Below, piece by piece: positions 38,415-48,002 of a stretch of DNA of 64,000 nucleotides (within the stretch, counting starts at the first letter, position 1; the number at the start of each line of letters is the position of its first letter). The DNA comes from an uncultured Gammaproteobacteria bacterium. GTDB taxonomy: Bacteria > Pseudomonadota > Gammaproteobacteria > CAKMZV01. A program made the translations under genes and the position numbers. The stretch lies in assembly GCA_929200535.1 (NCBI GenBank), contig CAKMZV010000005.1:12442-76441 (forward strand). Direction: 5' to 3'. The notes under the pieces are model-generated. The model was not told where the DNA came from. It did no database searches and saw only the letters and a list, made by a program, of their open reading frames with translations.

Positions 38415-40235
38415 GTGAAAAATCTATTTATGATAAATAATCGACTGCGAAATAAGCTGTCTTATCTCAAGTGTACTATTCTTTCAATAATGAAAAGTCC
38501 GCTTCAGACGCTGGTATTTCTTAAAAATATCAGGGGTGAGTCAGTATATGAAAATAAAAAACATATTGAATTGGCCACAGATTGGTTACTAAAGGCTCAA
38601 CAAGTCGGAGATGATCAAGGGTATTCAAGAGGGTTTTATTTGTACAAAGGTGGATGGGATAAAAGTTATATTGAAACAACTGGGTATATTATTCCAACGC
38701 TATTGAAGGTGAGCCGTACTTACAATAATAAAAAATATTATGACTCAGCTTTAAATGCTGGTCAGTGGTTGCTTTCTAAGCAAACTAAACAAGGTGGTTT
38801 TTGTGGTATTGATGCTTCGGATGAATTAGTCTTTGATACAGGGCAGGTGCTTTACGGGTTAGTTGCACTGTATGAGTTAGAAGAGAGTAGTCAAGATTTC
38901 AAATTGCAATATGAAACGGCGATAGAGAAGGCGGCAAGTTGGTTATGTGACGTTCAGGATGATGATGGTAGTTGGACTAAATATGGTTATGAGGGTATTG
39001 CTCACAGCTATTATTCCCGAGTTTCTTCGATTTTGTATCGTGTTGGAGAATTGATGAACAATCAAAATTATAAAGATTGTGCAGAAAAACATATTAATTG
39101 GGTCATTAGCCAGCAAAATGAGGTGGGTTTTTTTCAAAAATTACAATTTACTGCACAAGAAAAAAATAGTGTTTTACATTCGATTATTTATGTTTTAGAA
39201 GGATTATACGATTACTATTTAATGACAAAAAATGAGGTTGTTTTGCAATCAATGTTAAAGAATGCAGAGCAACTTAAACGCATTAACTTGGAAAGAGATT
39301 TATTGCTTGGTTCTCAATATGATGATAACTTCAATTGTGTCAATTCGGAAAGATGTATGACAGGATTAGCTCAATGGGCTGGATTAGCATTTAAGCTGCA
39401 TCAATTGACTAAAGATGAGGGCTATCTGCATTGTGCACGCAAAACAATATTTTATTTGAAGTCCAAACAATTTACAGAAGGGAAAGTGCGTGGAAGTTTA
39501 GCAGGATCAGTGCCTTTTTGGGGATTTTATGCTAAATTTCGGGCAATTAATTGGGGTGTTAAATTTTTTATAGATGCTCTTTTAGAGCATCAGAAAATGC
39601 CACTTTCATTAATTGAAGAAAGTGGTTTATGGATAGGAGAGTGTTTTAAGTTTAGCAATATGGTTGATGACAGATTAACAAGTACCTCGTATGAATATAT
39701 TAGTATTCTACAAAGCTATGTCGCTAATTCAGCAAATGTTTTAGATCTTGGATGCGGTCAAGGCAGGCATTTAGATTACTTTAGGGAGCAATTTCAAGAG
39801 AAAAACATTTTGGGGGTAGATCCTTACTATTATGATGGAAAAAAGGTGTTAGAAGGTGATGCGTATTGTATTAAAACAGATATAAAATTCGACTTAATTT
39901 ATACCATTGAAGCATTACAACATGTAAAATATCTTGATGTTGCCTTGGCTGAGATTCATAAAAAATTAGATGATAAAGGATACTTTATTATTTGTGATCG
40001 AAACCCTAATAGTTTGCTTGGCTACTTGAAGCCTATCCAAGAATGGCGTGGCAAATGGATGTACCCATTTGATAGCCCATTTCGGGAAAAATGGTACGGT
40101 ATTAAAAAATGGAAAAAAATTCTAAATGATAATGGTTTCTTAGTAGAAGATATAAAGACTTTTACAGGAAAAAATGGTCGTTTTGGTTGGTTCAGCAGAT
40201 ATAGTGTTATTGTCGCAAGAAAAAATAATGGTTAA
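38415..40235 (+). CDS. two-domain protein: N-terminal (alpha/alpha)-toroid-like repeat domain + C-terminal class I SAM-dependent methyltransferase
   Basis: N-terminal ~400 aa show recurring A..WL...Q..DG.W / GGW / GGF elements as in terpenoid cyclase, prenyltransferase or C5-epimerase toroids. C-terminal VLDLGCGQGRHLDYF motif I and downstream motif II of class I methyltransferases. Confidence 0.6.
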   Translation: MKNLFMINNRLRNKLSYLKCTILSIMKSPLQTLVFLKNIRGESVYENKKHIELATDWLLKAQQVGDDQGYSRGFYLYKGGWDKSYIETTGYIIPTLLKVSRTYNNKKYYDSALNAGQWLLSKQTKQGGFCGIDASDELVFDTGQVLYGLVALYELEESSQDFKLQYETAIEKAASWLCDVQDDDGSWTKYGYEGIAHSYYSRVSSILYRVGELMNNQNYKDCAEKHINWVISQQNEVGFFQKLQFTAQEKNSVLHSIIYVLEGLYDYYLMTKNEVVLQSMLKNAEQLKRINLERDLLLGSQYDDNFNCVNSERCMTGLAQWAGLAFKLHQLTKDEGYLHCARKTIFYLKSKQFTEGKVRGSLAGSVPFWGFYAKFRAINWGVKFFIDALLEHQKMPLSLIEESGLWIGECFKFSNMVDDRLTSTSYEYISILQSYVANSANVLDLGCGQGRHLDYFREQFQEKNILGVDPYYYDGKKVLEGDAYCIKTDIKFDLIYTIEALQHVKYLDVALAEIHKKLDDKGYFIICDRNPNSLLGYLKPIQEWRGKWMYPFDSPFREKWYGIKKWKKILNDNGFLVEDIKTFTGKNGRFGWFSRYSVIVARKNNG

Positions 40236-40730
40236 AATGGTTAAGCGTGAATTTAGGTTACGATGTTCTAAACCATACTAATATACATTTATGGAATAAT
40301 CAACACACTTTTTTATAATCTGGCTTTAAATATATTTGCTTGATAAGTACTTTAAATGCTAATTTCTTCATCTTCTAACTCTCTTTTTTTTCAATACATT
40401 CATTCAAGAATCTAAAGTTGGATTTGTTTTTCTTTTCTGTGACGATGAACGATAAGAAAGACCGCATCTGACCTTAATTTGCTTTTGCTAACTTTCTGTT
40501 TTCTCATAAGCCACTGATTTTATTTAAACTCCAATCGGATTGTTCTGAGGTTTTTAAGATTTTACTAACTAATTAAATTGAGTGTAGGTTAGAATGGATA
40601 TAGAAATTGAGGGTTATCGAGTATGTGGTTAACAATCTTAAGAAGTTATAAAAATTTACAGTAAATTTGCGAAATATACTTCAAAAATAGACTTGAGATT
40701 AAAATTATCTGCCAAATTCGCCATTAAATT

Positions 40731-41512
40731 TTGAATTTATTCTTTGCTATACAAAGTACAACTATATATATGAAAAAAATAACACAAATATATGCAAATA
40801 TCTCGAGACAAATATTATATTTTTCATCTAAATATTTTGGATATTATTTATATAGATGTATTAAAAAAATCATTCTGCCAATGTGGAAGGGAGATGCACA
40901 TCTTAGTTATGTCATCCATTATCCTCTTTTTATACAAGGGAATACAATTAACCAAATTGAACATTTTAATTTTTATGAAGGATTGTTTGAGAGTCGTTCA
41001 GTTACATCTTTAGATAAGTTTTTTAATTGTTTTCCAGTATTTAACAAAGCTGTTTTTATAGGTGTTAATATATGGAACATATTGTCGATTTTTTCAAGAT
41101 AGGTTTTTATCAGCAGATTTATACGAACCTCATCCTAAAACATACAATGATTTATTAGAGAATATAGTTTTAAATGGGGCTGAAAAAAACAGGCGATACA
41201 AATATCTGCTCACCCTGAAAAAGCAATCCTTTATGAGGTACCAAATTCATTTGGCTCTAATTCATTAATTTCAGGATATCCTAAGTCAAACAGTTCAATT
41301 ACAGTAGATACCATACCAATTACCCATATTGATAATAATGCTAATTTGTATTTTATTGATGCAGAAGGATTAGATGTTAAGATAGTTGAGCAGTTGATTC
41401 CACATACATCCAAAGAAACTATTTTTATTTTTGAAGTAGATACACATGATAACTTTCTTGAATTTGATTCTCTTATCAAAAAATATCAAAATCAAGATTG
41501 GTTTTATTTATA
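40731..41512 (+). pseudogene. decayed FkbM-family methyltransferase gene (frameshifted fragments)
   Basis: Three frames carry FkbM-like pieces, including the C-terminal FIDAEGLDVKIVEQLIPHTSKETIFIFEVDTH (compare LKIDIEGAE..VL.G). No intact ORF over 123 aa. Confidence 0.45.
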
Positions 41513-41655
41513 GGATAATGGAGAAAAGAAATATTTTTATGAATAATAAAAATCTAAATTAAATAATGCAACGAAAGTTCCAATCTCAAAATAAAGATAG
41601 ACAAAATCTGTTGAAAGTGCGATAAGGATTGTAAAAAAAAGCTTTACAATCTGAA

Positions 41656-41827
41656 GAGACCATCTCTATTAAATATGACCCGTGTAAAAAAGCGAGAAAT
41701 TCTTCCTAATTTTATCAGCAAGCTATTTAAACAATCATAAATTTGCCAAGAATAAAAACACTTTTTGTTGTCTCACTGGAGGGATTTTTTAATTTTTTTC
41801 TATTATCTCATATTTAATAGAGGTAGC
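41656..41827. mobile_element. MITE-like element, family B copy 2
   Basis: Same termini (ctctattaaatatg...catatttaatagaggtagc) and subterminal module as 3778-3936. Left end begins gagacc as in family A. Internal segment ccaagaataaaaacactttttgttgt resembles the family-A internal module. Confidence 0.6.
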
Positions 41828-41967
41828 TTATAATATCTTAGAAGGCTACGAAGATTACTTATAAAGTACGACATTTAAAAATTGACAAATACACCCTTAC
41901 CCTCAAAACCTCCAAGAAAGAAATTTCATCACAAAATGGTTCATGATTTGAGCTATAAAGTATCGCT

Positions 41968-43470
41968 ATGAATAAATGTTTAGATGCTGTTATTTTAGCG
42001 GCGGGATTTGGTTCAAGGTTACGACCGATGACACTTGAAAAACCAAAAACTTTAATTGAGGTTGGTGGTATTCCTATGCTGGAGTATATCTTAAATTCCT
42101 TAGCTAAAAATGGTGTTCAAAATGTCTTTATTGTTGTTGGCTATCAAAAAGATAAAATTATTCAGTTTTGTAAGGATAATTTTTCAAATCTACATTTTAG
42201 ATTTATTGAAAATCCCATTTATTTTGAAACTAATAATATGTATAGTCTGTATCTCGCTAAGGACTATTTAATTAACGATTTCTATTTGATGAATGCGGAT
42301 TTAGTTTTCGATAATGAAGTTATTACTCGGCTTTCAAAAACAGATAAAACTAGCATTGCTGTTAAAAAAGATGTTTATCTTGAGGAGTCAATGAAAGTAA
42401 AAGTTAATGAGGGGAAAATAGCCAACATATCTAAATCAATCAGCTCGAAGGAAGCGTATGGTGTAAGTATTGATGTTTATAAAATTATTAAAAAAGATAT
42501 TCCTATTATCAAATCAGAATTAGATGAAATCATTGATGTTGATAAAAATTTACACCAATGGACAGAAGTAATGTTGGATAATTTATTTACAAAGAGAGCG
42601 ATTGATGCAATCCCCTGTGATGTTTCTTATTTAAAATGGTTTGAGATTGATAGTTACGAAGACCTATTAAATGCAGAAACTTTATTTAATGAAAACTTAT
42701 GTTTGCTCAAAAGAAAAAAAATATTTTTTGTTGATGGAGATGGCACTTTAATCCTTGGAGATAAGATTATTAATGGAGCTAATGATTTTTTAAATGTACT
42801 GAAACAAAAAAACAAACTTACATTTTTATGTACTAATAACTCTTCAAAAACAAAACATTCTCATTTGAAAAAATTCAATTCTTTAAATCTAAATATAGAC
42901 AATGTTTTAGATTCTTTAGATTGTTCGTTGGATTATTTAAAATCAAAAAAAATAATGAATGTTGGGCTTTTATCAACAAAAGAGGTAAAAGAATATGTTT
43001 TGGAAAGAGGTTTTAAAGTTGATTTGAAAAATCCCCAAGTTGCATTATTGACTTATGATAATTCCTTAACTTATAAGAAATTAATCTCGTTTATAAATTT
43101 GGTAAGAAAAGGTATTCCTTATTATGCGACTCATGCTGATATTTTATGTCCAACTCAAAATGGTCAAATTCCAGATATAGGTTGCTTTATTGATATGATT
43201 AAAAGTTCTACTGGAATTTATCCAGAAAAAGTTTTTGGAAAACCATCAATAGATTTGATAAAATCAACTTTAGATAAGTTGTCGTTAAAGGAATCCGATG
43301 CTGTTGTTATTGGTGATAGACTTTACACAGATATTGCAATGTGTAAGGATAATCAACTAACGTCAGTTTTAGTTTTAAGCGGGGAAACGAATAGAAGTAT
43401 GTATGAAGGGTCAAACATAAAAGCAGATATTATTCTTGATTCTGTAAAGGATTTAATTAAGTATTTCTGA
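41968..43470 (+). CDS. bifunctional LicC-like CTP:phospho-alcohol cytidylyltransferase / HAD-IIA-family hydrolase
   Basis: N-terminus AVILAAGFGSRLRPMT...ETNNMYSLYL strongly resembles LicC-type nucleotidyltransferases. C-terminal ~250 aa has HAD motif I FVDGDGTL plus motifs II-IV (GKP, GDRLYTDI) of subfamily IIA. Confidence 0.75.
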   Translation: MNKCLDAVILAAGFGSRLRPMTLEKPKTLIEVGGIPMLEYILNSLAKNGVQNVFIVVGYQKDKIIQFCKDNFSNLHFRFIENPIYFETNNMYSLYLAKDYLINDFYLMNADLVFDNEVITRLSKTDKTSIAVKKDVYLEESMKVKVNEGKIANISKSISSKEAYGVSIDVYKIIKKDIPIIKSELDEIIDVDKNLHQWTEVMLDNLFTKRAIDAIPCDVSYLKWFEIDSYEDLLNAETLFNENLCLLKRKKIFFVDGDGTLILGDKIINGANDFLNVLKQKNKLTFLCTNNSSKTKHSHLKKFNSLNLNIDNVLDSLDCSLDYLKSKKIMNVGLLSTKEVKEYVLERGFKVDLKNPQVALLTYDNSLTYKKLISFINLVRKGIPYYATHADILCPTQNGQIPDIGCFIDMIKSSTGIYPEKVFGKPSIDLIKSTLDKLSLKESDAVVIGDRLYTDIAMCKDNQLTSVLVLSGETNRSMYEGSNIKADIILDSVKDLIKYF

Positions 43471-43684
43471 ACGTTTTTGGATTGCCAGAGGGGGGAACAA
43501 GTGGGTTTTGTTTACTTATTAAGTGAAACGATTATGCAACTTTTCTGTAGGATTCATTTTCGGTATCGCAAAGTATAAGAGCTTTACGTTTTTGACACAA
43601 AATAATTTAAGTTATAATGTATAGGTACGCTAAAACAATGTTAGCTATATTACATATTATTAGCTATATCATATATTTCAAAAA

Positions 43685-44422
43685 TTGAATACCCCTCTCC
43701 CAAAACCTCAAAGAAGGAAATTTCGTCAAGAAACAGTTATTCACAGCTATATTGTTCGCCCCTTGGCACAAGAGTTAGTTTTGTGGATTTGGAATACTAA
43801 CATTACCCCAAATCAATTAACATTTAGTCGCTTAATTCTTGGTATTATCTATCTCTACTTATTTACGCTTGGTACTGCAAGTGGTTTTATTATAGGCATT
43901 GTTCTTTTTCAAGTGGCTGAAATTATTGACCATGCTGACGGTATGTTGGCTCGCCTCAAAAATCAAACAAGTAAGTTGGGTCAGTGCTACGAATACATCA
44001 TTGATGAATTGTTTGCAATAGAAAGTGGACTTTTAGGTTTAGCAATAGCTTATGGAGCTTATCAATATGGAGCAAATATACTATTTATTTATCTTGCCGT
44101 TGCCGTTCTCTATGTTCATTATTTTCACTGGTATATTAAGTTGAAAATTAATCTCACTGAGAAAGATACTAATAACAAAATGTCTATGGATCACGATGGA
44201 GAGACATTATTACGGATAATTGGTGTGCCGTTTAAACAATCTTTGTTTAACGCTTTAAGAACGATAAATTGTTGGCGAAATCAGTTGTATTTTGTCGGCA
44301 TTATTGGTTTGCTTTGTGGGGCAGAGTTAACACTAATAGCGACTTTTATAGTGTTCCTTTTGCTTAATTTGCTCCGTACAGCTATACAATTAAAAGAAGG
44401 CTATACAAGGCATAAGGAATAG
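43685..44422 (+). CDS. CDP-alcohol phosphatidyltransferase family protein
   Basis: DHADGMLARL...G...YIIDE matches D-x2-DG-x2-AR...G-x3-D-x3-D. 5-6 TM helices. Confidence 0.75.
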   Translation: MNTPLPKPQRRKFRQETVIHSYIVRPLAQELVLWIWNTNITPNQLTFSRLILGIIYLYLFTLGTASGFIIGIVLFQVAEIIDHADGMLARLKNQTSKLGQCYEYIIDELFAIESGLLGLAIAYGAYQYGANILFIYLAVAVLYVHYFHWYIKLKINLTEKDTNNKMSMDHDGETLLRIIGVPFKQSLFNALRTINCWRNQLYFVGIIGLLCGAELTLIATFIVFLLLNLLRTAIQLKEGYTRHKE

Positions 44423-44704
44423 AAGAGTCTGTAATTATGTGTGGTTGGTTATCGCTATTCACTGTGAGCCGTGAAAGAAGGCGAAAATCTATCCCCAATT
44501 TTATTAATAAGCATTTCAAACGCTGTTACTTTAAAAATCGAAAAAAATTAGGCTGCCCTAAAGCAATTTCTTATTATATTCGTACAAATAAAAGTTTACG
44601 TAATTTAGTTATCAGGTTGGTGAAAAATCATAACAAGAATTTTAGGAGTATTGAACGCGTTCTATTAGACTTGTTTTTTAAAGAACAACACTCAGGAGAA
44701 AAAT

Positions 44705-45463
44705 TTGAATTCTAAGTTGATTGATGCTCTTTTTAAAGAAAGAGTTTATTATAGTGTGCGTGATAAGGTTTATAACAAAGAGGGTAGTTACCTAAAAGAT
44801 TTTGTTTTAGATACTGAAATTATGCAGGATATAGGTATTCCACCTAAAATAATTGATGTTCCAGTTGCTCTTAGAGAGCTTACGGTTATTAAAAAAACGT
44901 TTGAAGAATTTCATCTTCCTATTTTTTTTATGTTTGGTACTTGCTTAGGGGCCATAAGAGAAAAGGGATTTATCAAACATGATAAAGATATTGATATTGG
45001 CACTTATGGGGAAAATATAGATAAGATTATTTTAGCGATTCTAAAGCTCAGAGATGAGTGTCAATTTAAGGTTACTAAATTAGCCGTAGATGATACAGTA
45101 ATTAGTCTTTTAAAAGATGCTGTAGTTATTGATATTCATCTTTTTCATAATTGTTCTTCTTATTGGAGTAGTTGTAATAATTTTTTCCAAATACCCTATC
45201 ATCATTTATCTGAGCTAACCGAAATTGATTTTTTGGGAATTAAAATGAATGTGCCTAATTACGTTGAGGATTATTTAGAATATCAATATGGTAGTAACTG
45301 GCAGATACCAGTAGAAGGTTTTTATTCCTACCCTAATAGAGCTAAGCGTATATCTAATAAAATCTTTGCTCCTATTCTGGGAAGTAAAGTAGCGGGTTTT
45401 ATTTCTAACATAGTTTCGTGGTTTGTCAAAAAATTACAAAATTTTCGTCGAAAGTTTCGTTAA
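44705..45463 (+). CDS. licD: LicD-family phosphotransferase (phosphocholine/phospho-alcohol transferase family)
   Basis: LicD/FKTN nucleotidyltransferase-fold motifs (FGTCLGAIRE, KHDKDIDIG). Confidence 0.75.
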   Translation: MNSKLIDALFKERVYYSVRDKVYNKEGSYLKDFVLDTEIMQDIGIPPKIIDVPVALRELTVIKKTFEEFHLPIFFMFGTCLGAIREKGFIKHDKDIDIGTYGENIDKIILAILKLRDECQFKVTKLAVDDTVISLLKDAVVIDIHLFHNCSSYWSSCNNFFQIPYHHLSELTEIDFLGIKMNVPNYVEDYLEYQYGSNWQIPVEGFYSYPNRAKRISNKIFAPILGSKVAGFISNIVSWFVKKLQNFRRKFR

Positions 45464-45535
45464 ATGAGAGGTGTTTGGTATAGTAGCCATTAACCTATTT
45501 CGCTATGGCTAATACTTGATATTTAAATAATCTTT

Positions 45536-46813
45536 ATGTTGGGATATTCCGTCATACTCAATTCATCAGTCACTTTTGTTGTCTTATGTTTAAATTTTGG
45601 GCTCAAAATTTATTTAGCTCAAGAGTTTTCACCAGAAAATCTGATTATTTACTACACCATACTGGATATTTTTTCAATAATCACTCGTTTCTTTGATGGC
45701 TATAAGGATGCCATTATTACAACTTATAGCAAAACAAAACATAAGCTTAAAATGCTCAAAACCTGTTGGGTATTTTTTATGTGGATGGTTTTAATTATTT
45801 CGTTTATAGTCATTCCATTAGTGTTAAATTTTTACTTAGTGCAAAAAGTGGAGAATTTAGATATTAAATGGTGGTCCCTTTCTTTGTTGTTTATGTTGAT
45901 GAGTTTTGTGGCTTATTATTTACGTATGTTATTATTGCATAGAGATTATAAAATGATCTCGGTTATTGATGCCTTAAAAGTGGTTCTGTTTATTTTAAGT
46001 GTTGTTATCTTATATCATTTTTTAAAACAAGAAGCAACTTACAAGACGCTAATTTGGGCGAGTATTTACGCAAATATATTGGCATTACTCTATCTTATTT
46101 ATTATCATAATCGAGTTTTTTCTCGTTATCAAATTGTCCAAAATATTAGCTTGTGTTTTGCTAAATTTCAAGATGATAGTAACCGAGCTTTTATTCAAAA
46201 AACTATTTTAGCGAGTGCAAATTCTTTTACTTATGGGTTATTGCTGTTTGCCCCAGTTTTTGTGATGTTAAATGCAAATGATATTGAGCAGTTATCGAAT
46301 TTTCAAGTGGTTGCAAGAGCGATTTTTTTTGCACTTATTGCTGTTTTTTCATTTCCGCTTGGGCGTTTTATGTTTCCTGAATTTGCTTCAAAATTAGAAA
46401 AAAAAGAATATGCTTCTTTGCTAAATATACGTAAAAAATTTATTAAGCTACTGATGCTTTTTGGTTTTTTTGCAATTGCATTGTGTTGGCTTTTTTCTAA
46501 ACAGTTTGTGCTTTTGCTTTTCCCTATGGAATATGGAAATAGCTATATAATGCTTAATATTTTAATCGTTTCCTTACCTTTCATACTGTACCAAAACTTT
46601 TCTGAGTCAATTATTAAATCTCAAGGTTTATATACAAGGAGCCTACTGATTAAAGGATTTGGAGTAATGAGTTTTATAGGTAGTTACTTAGTGTTAACTC
46701 ACTTGGCTATTGAGCTGGCTTCAATCTACGCTTTGATGATGGGTTTTTTCGGCGTTTTTGTGTCTTCGTTAGGTTTTGAGAGATTAGAAATAAGAAGGTG
46801 GGGAACGATATGA
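45536..46813 (+). CDS. polysaccharide flippase (Wzx-like, MOP superfamily)
   Basis: 425 aa, ~12 TM helices, typical hydrophobic architecture. Sits in a glycan gene context. Confidence 0.65.
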   Translation: MLGYSVILNSSVTFVVLCLNFGLKIYLAQEFSPENLIIYYTILDIFSIITRFFDGYKDAIITTYSKTKHKLKMLKTCWVFFMWMVLIISFIVIPLVLNFYLVQKVENLDIKWWSLSLLFMLMSFVAYYLRMLLLHRDYKMISVIDALKVVLFILSVVILYHFLKQEATYKTLIWASIYANILALLYLIYYHNRVFSRYQIVQNISLCFAKFQDDSNRAFIQKTILASANSFTYGLLLFAPVFVMLNANDIEQLSNFQVVARAIFFALIAVFSFPLGRFMFPEFASKLEKKEYASLLNIRKKFIKLLMLFGFFAIALCWLFSKQFVLLLFPMEYGNSYIMLNILIVSLPFILYQNFSESIIKSQGLYTRSLLIKGFGVMSFIGSYLVLTHLAIELASIYALMMGFFGVFVSSLGFERLEIRRWGTI

Positions 46814-47967
46814 TGATATGGTTTTTAACGCGTTCTTTAAGCCCCTATCAATCCACTGGAGGTGGGCAAATTAGGCTTGCACAAGCCAATCATTTAGAGA
46901 AATTAGGTTGGGAGGTGAAAATAATTATGCCTAATTATCAAGATGAAAAAATCAATATTATAGGCAATGTTACTCAAATTCCGCACACGAAAAATTATCA
47001 CTTATCTAAAGCGTTTCAACATCTTGGAATCTATGAGGATTATTTGGACGTTTGGGTTAAGAAAAGTTTTTTGTATCTAAAAGATAAAATTAAAAAGCAA
47101 GATATTGTATTTGCAACCAGTGGTGGTGAATTGGCAATGGTTAAACTTGGGTATTTGCTTAAACAAGAAGTAGGTTGTAAGTTGGTAATTAATTTTCATG
47201 ATCCTATTAGTTATGGGGATATGAATGGTTTAAGAATAAATAATAAGTTTCATTTTAGTAGAGAGAGGGTGCAGCAAAAGTATGTTAAAGAGGCTGACTT
47301 TATAATTACTTCATCGCAATATTATGCCGAATTCTTAAAACAAAAGTTCCCGATATTGGTTAATCAAATTGAAAACAATTACTTTGGTTACATTAAGAAA
47401 TTTCCCCTTCCAAAAAAATTAGCAGGGCAGTCTAAAAAATTACGGATTGCTTATGCGGGTTTAATGAGTAAAGCCCAAGCACCAGAATTACTTTATCAGG
47501 CTTGGCAAACATTAAGAGATTTTGATATAGAAATTTATTTTATTGGGGATTCGCAAAATTATAAACCACTAAACCATATTTCAAAGACAAAAGGCTGTCA
47601 TTTGGTACCTTTAATGCCTTATGAGCAATTTTTAAGCTTTATGGTGAAAAATATTGATGTCGGATTTGTTAGTCTATCCAATGACTATTATGGGGCTTGT
47701 GTGCCTTCTAAAATTTATGAATATATTAATTTAGGACTCCCTATGTTAGCTGCTTTACCTGCTGGGGATGGTATGGATATTATTAATGAAAATAATTATG
47801 GTGTCGCTTGTGATTACAAAAATACGGCAGCCTTAAAAACAAGTCTGCAAAAATTTAAAGATCAGAGGTTTTTGAATAGTATTCAACAGTCTGTATTACA
47901 AGATAGAGAAATATGGGCAATGGACTCTCGAATTTTACAGTTAGATAAGGTGCTTAAAAAGTTATAA
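46798..47967 (+). CDS. glycosyltransferase, GT-B fold (group 1 / GT4-like)
   Basis: Two Rossmann-like halves, C-terminal E-x7-E-like region. Overlaps the flippase stop. Confidence 0.65.
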   Translation: MGNDMMIWFLTRSLSPYQSTGGGQIRLAQANHLEKLGWEVKIIMPNYQDEKINIIGNVTQIPHTKNYHLSKAFQHLGIYEDYLDVWVKKSFLYLKDKIKKQDIVFATSGGELAMVKLGYLLKQEVGCKLVINFHDPISYGDMNGLRINNKFHFSRERVQQKYVKEADFIITSSQYYAEFLKQKFPILVNQIENNYFGYIKKFPLPKKLAGQSKKLRIAYAGLMSKAQAPELLYQAWQTLRDFDIEIYFIGDSQNYKPLNHISKTKGCHLVPLMPYEQFLSFMVKNIDVGFVSLSNDYYGACVPSKIYEYINLGLPMLAALPAGDGMDIINENNYGVACDYKNTAALKTSLQKFKDQRFLNSIQQSVLQDREIWAMDSRILQLDKVLKKL

Positions 47968-48002
47968 AAAAACGATCGTATTAAATTTTCAATTTAGTTA
48001 TT

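Noticed and set aside
40236-40730. AT-rich 0.5-kb gap after the toroid-methyltransferase gene, searched for tRNA, sRNA or gene remnants
   Set aside because: No tRNA-like T-arm (GTTCRA), no ORF with homology. Left as non-coding.
43471-43684. Intergenic region with a G-run (ccagaggggggaac), examined for riboswitch or tRNA
   Set aside because: No conserved riboswitch core or tRNA features recognisable by eye.
44437-44715. 92-aa K/R-rich ORF between CDP-alcohol transferase and licD as a possible toxin, antitoxin or small regulator
   Set aside because: No partner gene, no motif, and it overlaps a repeat remnant. More likely spurious.
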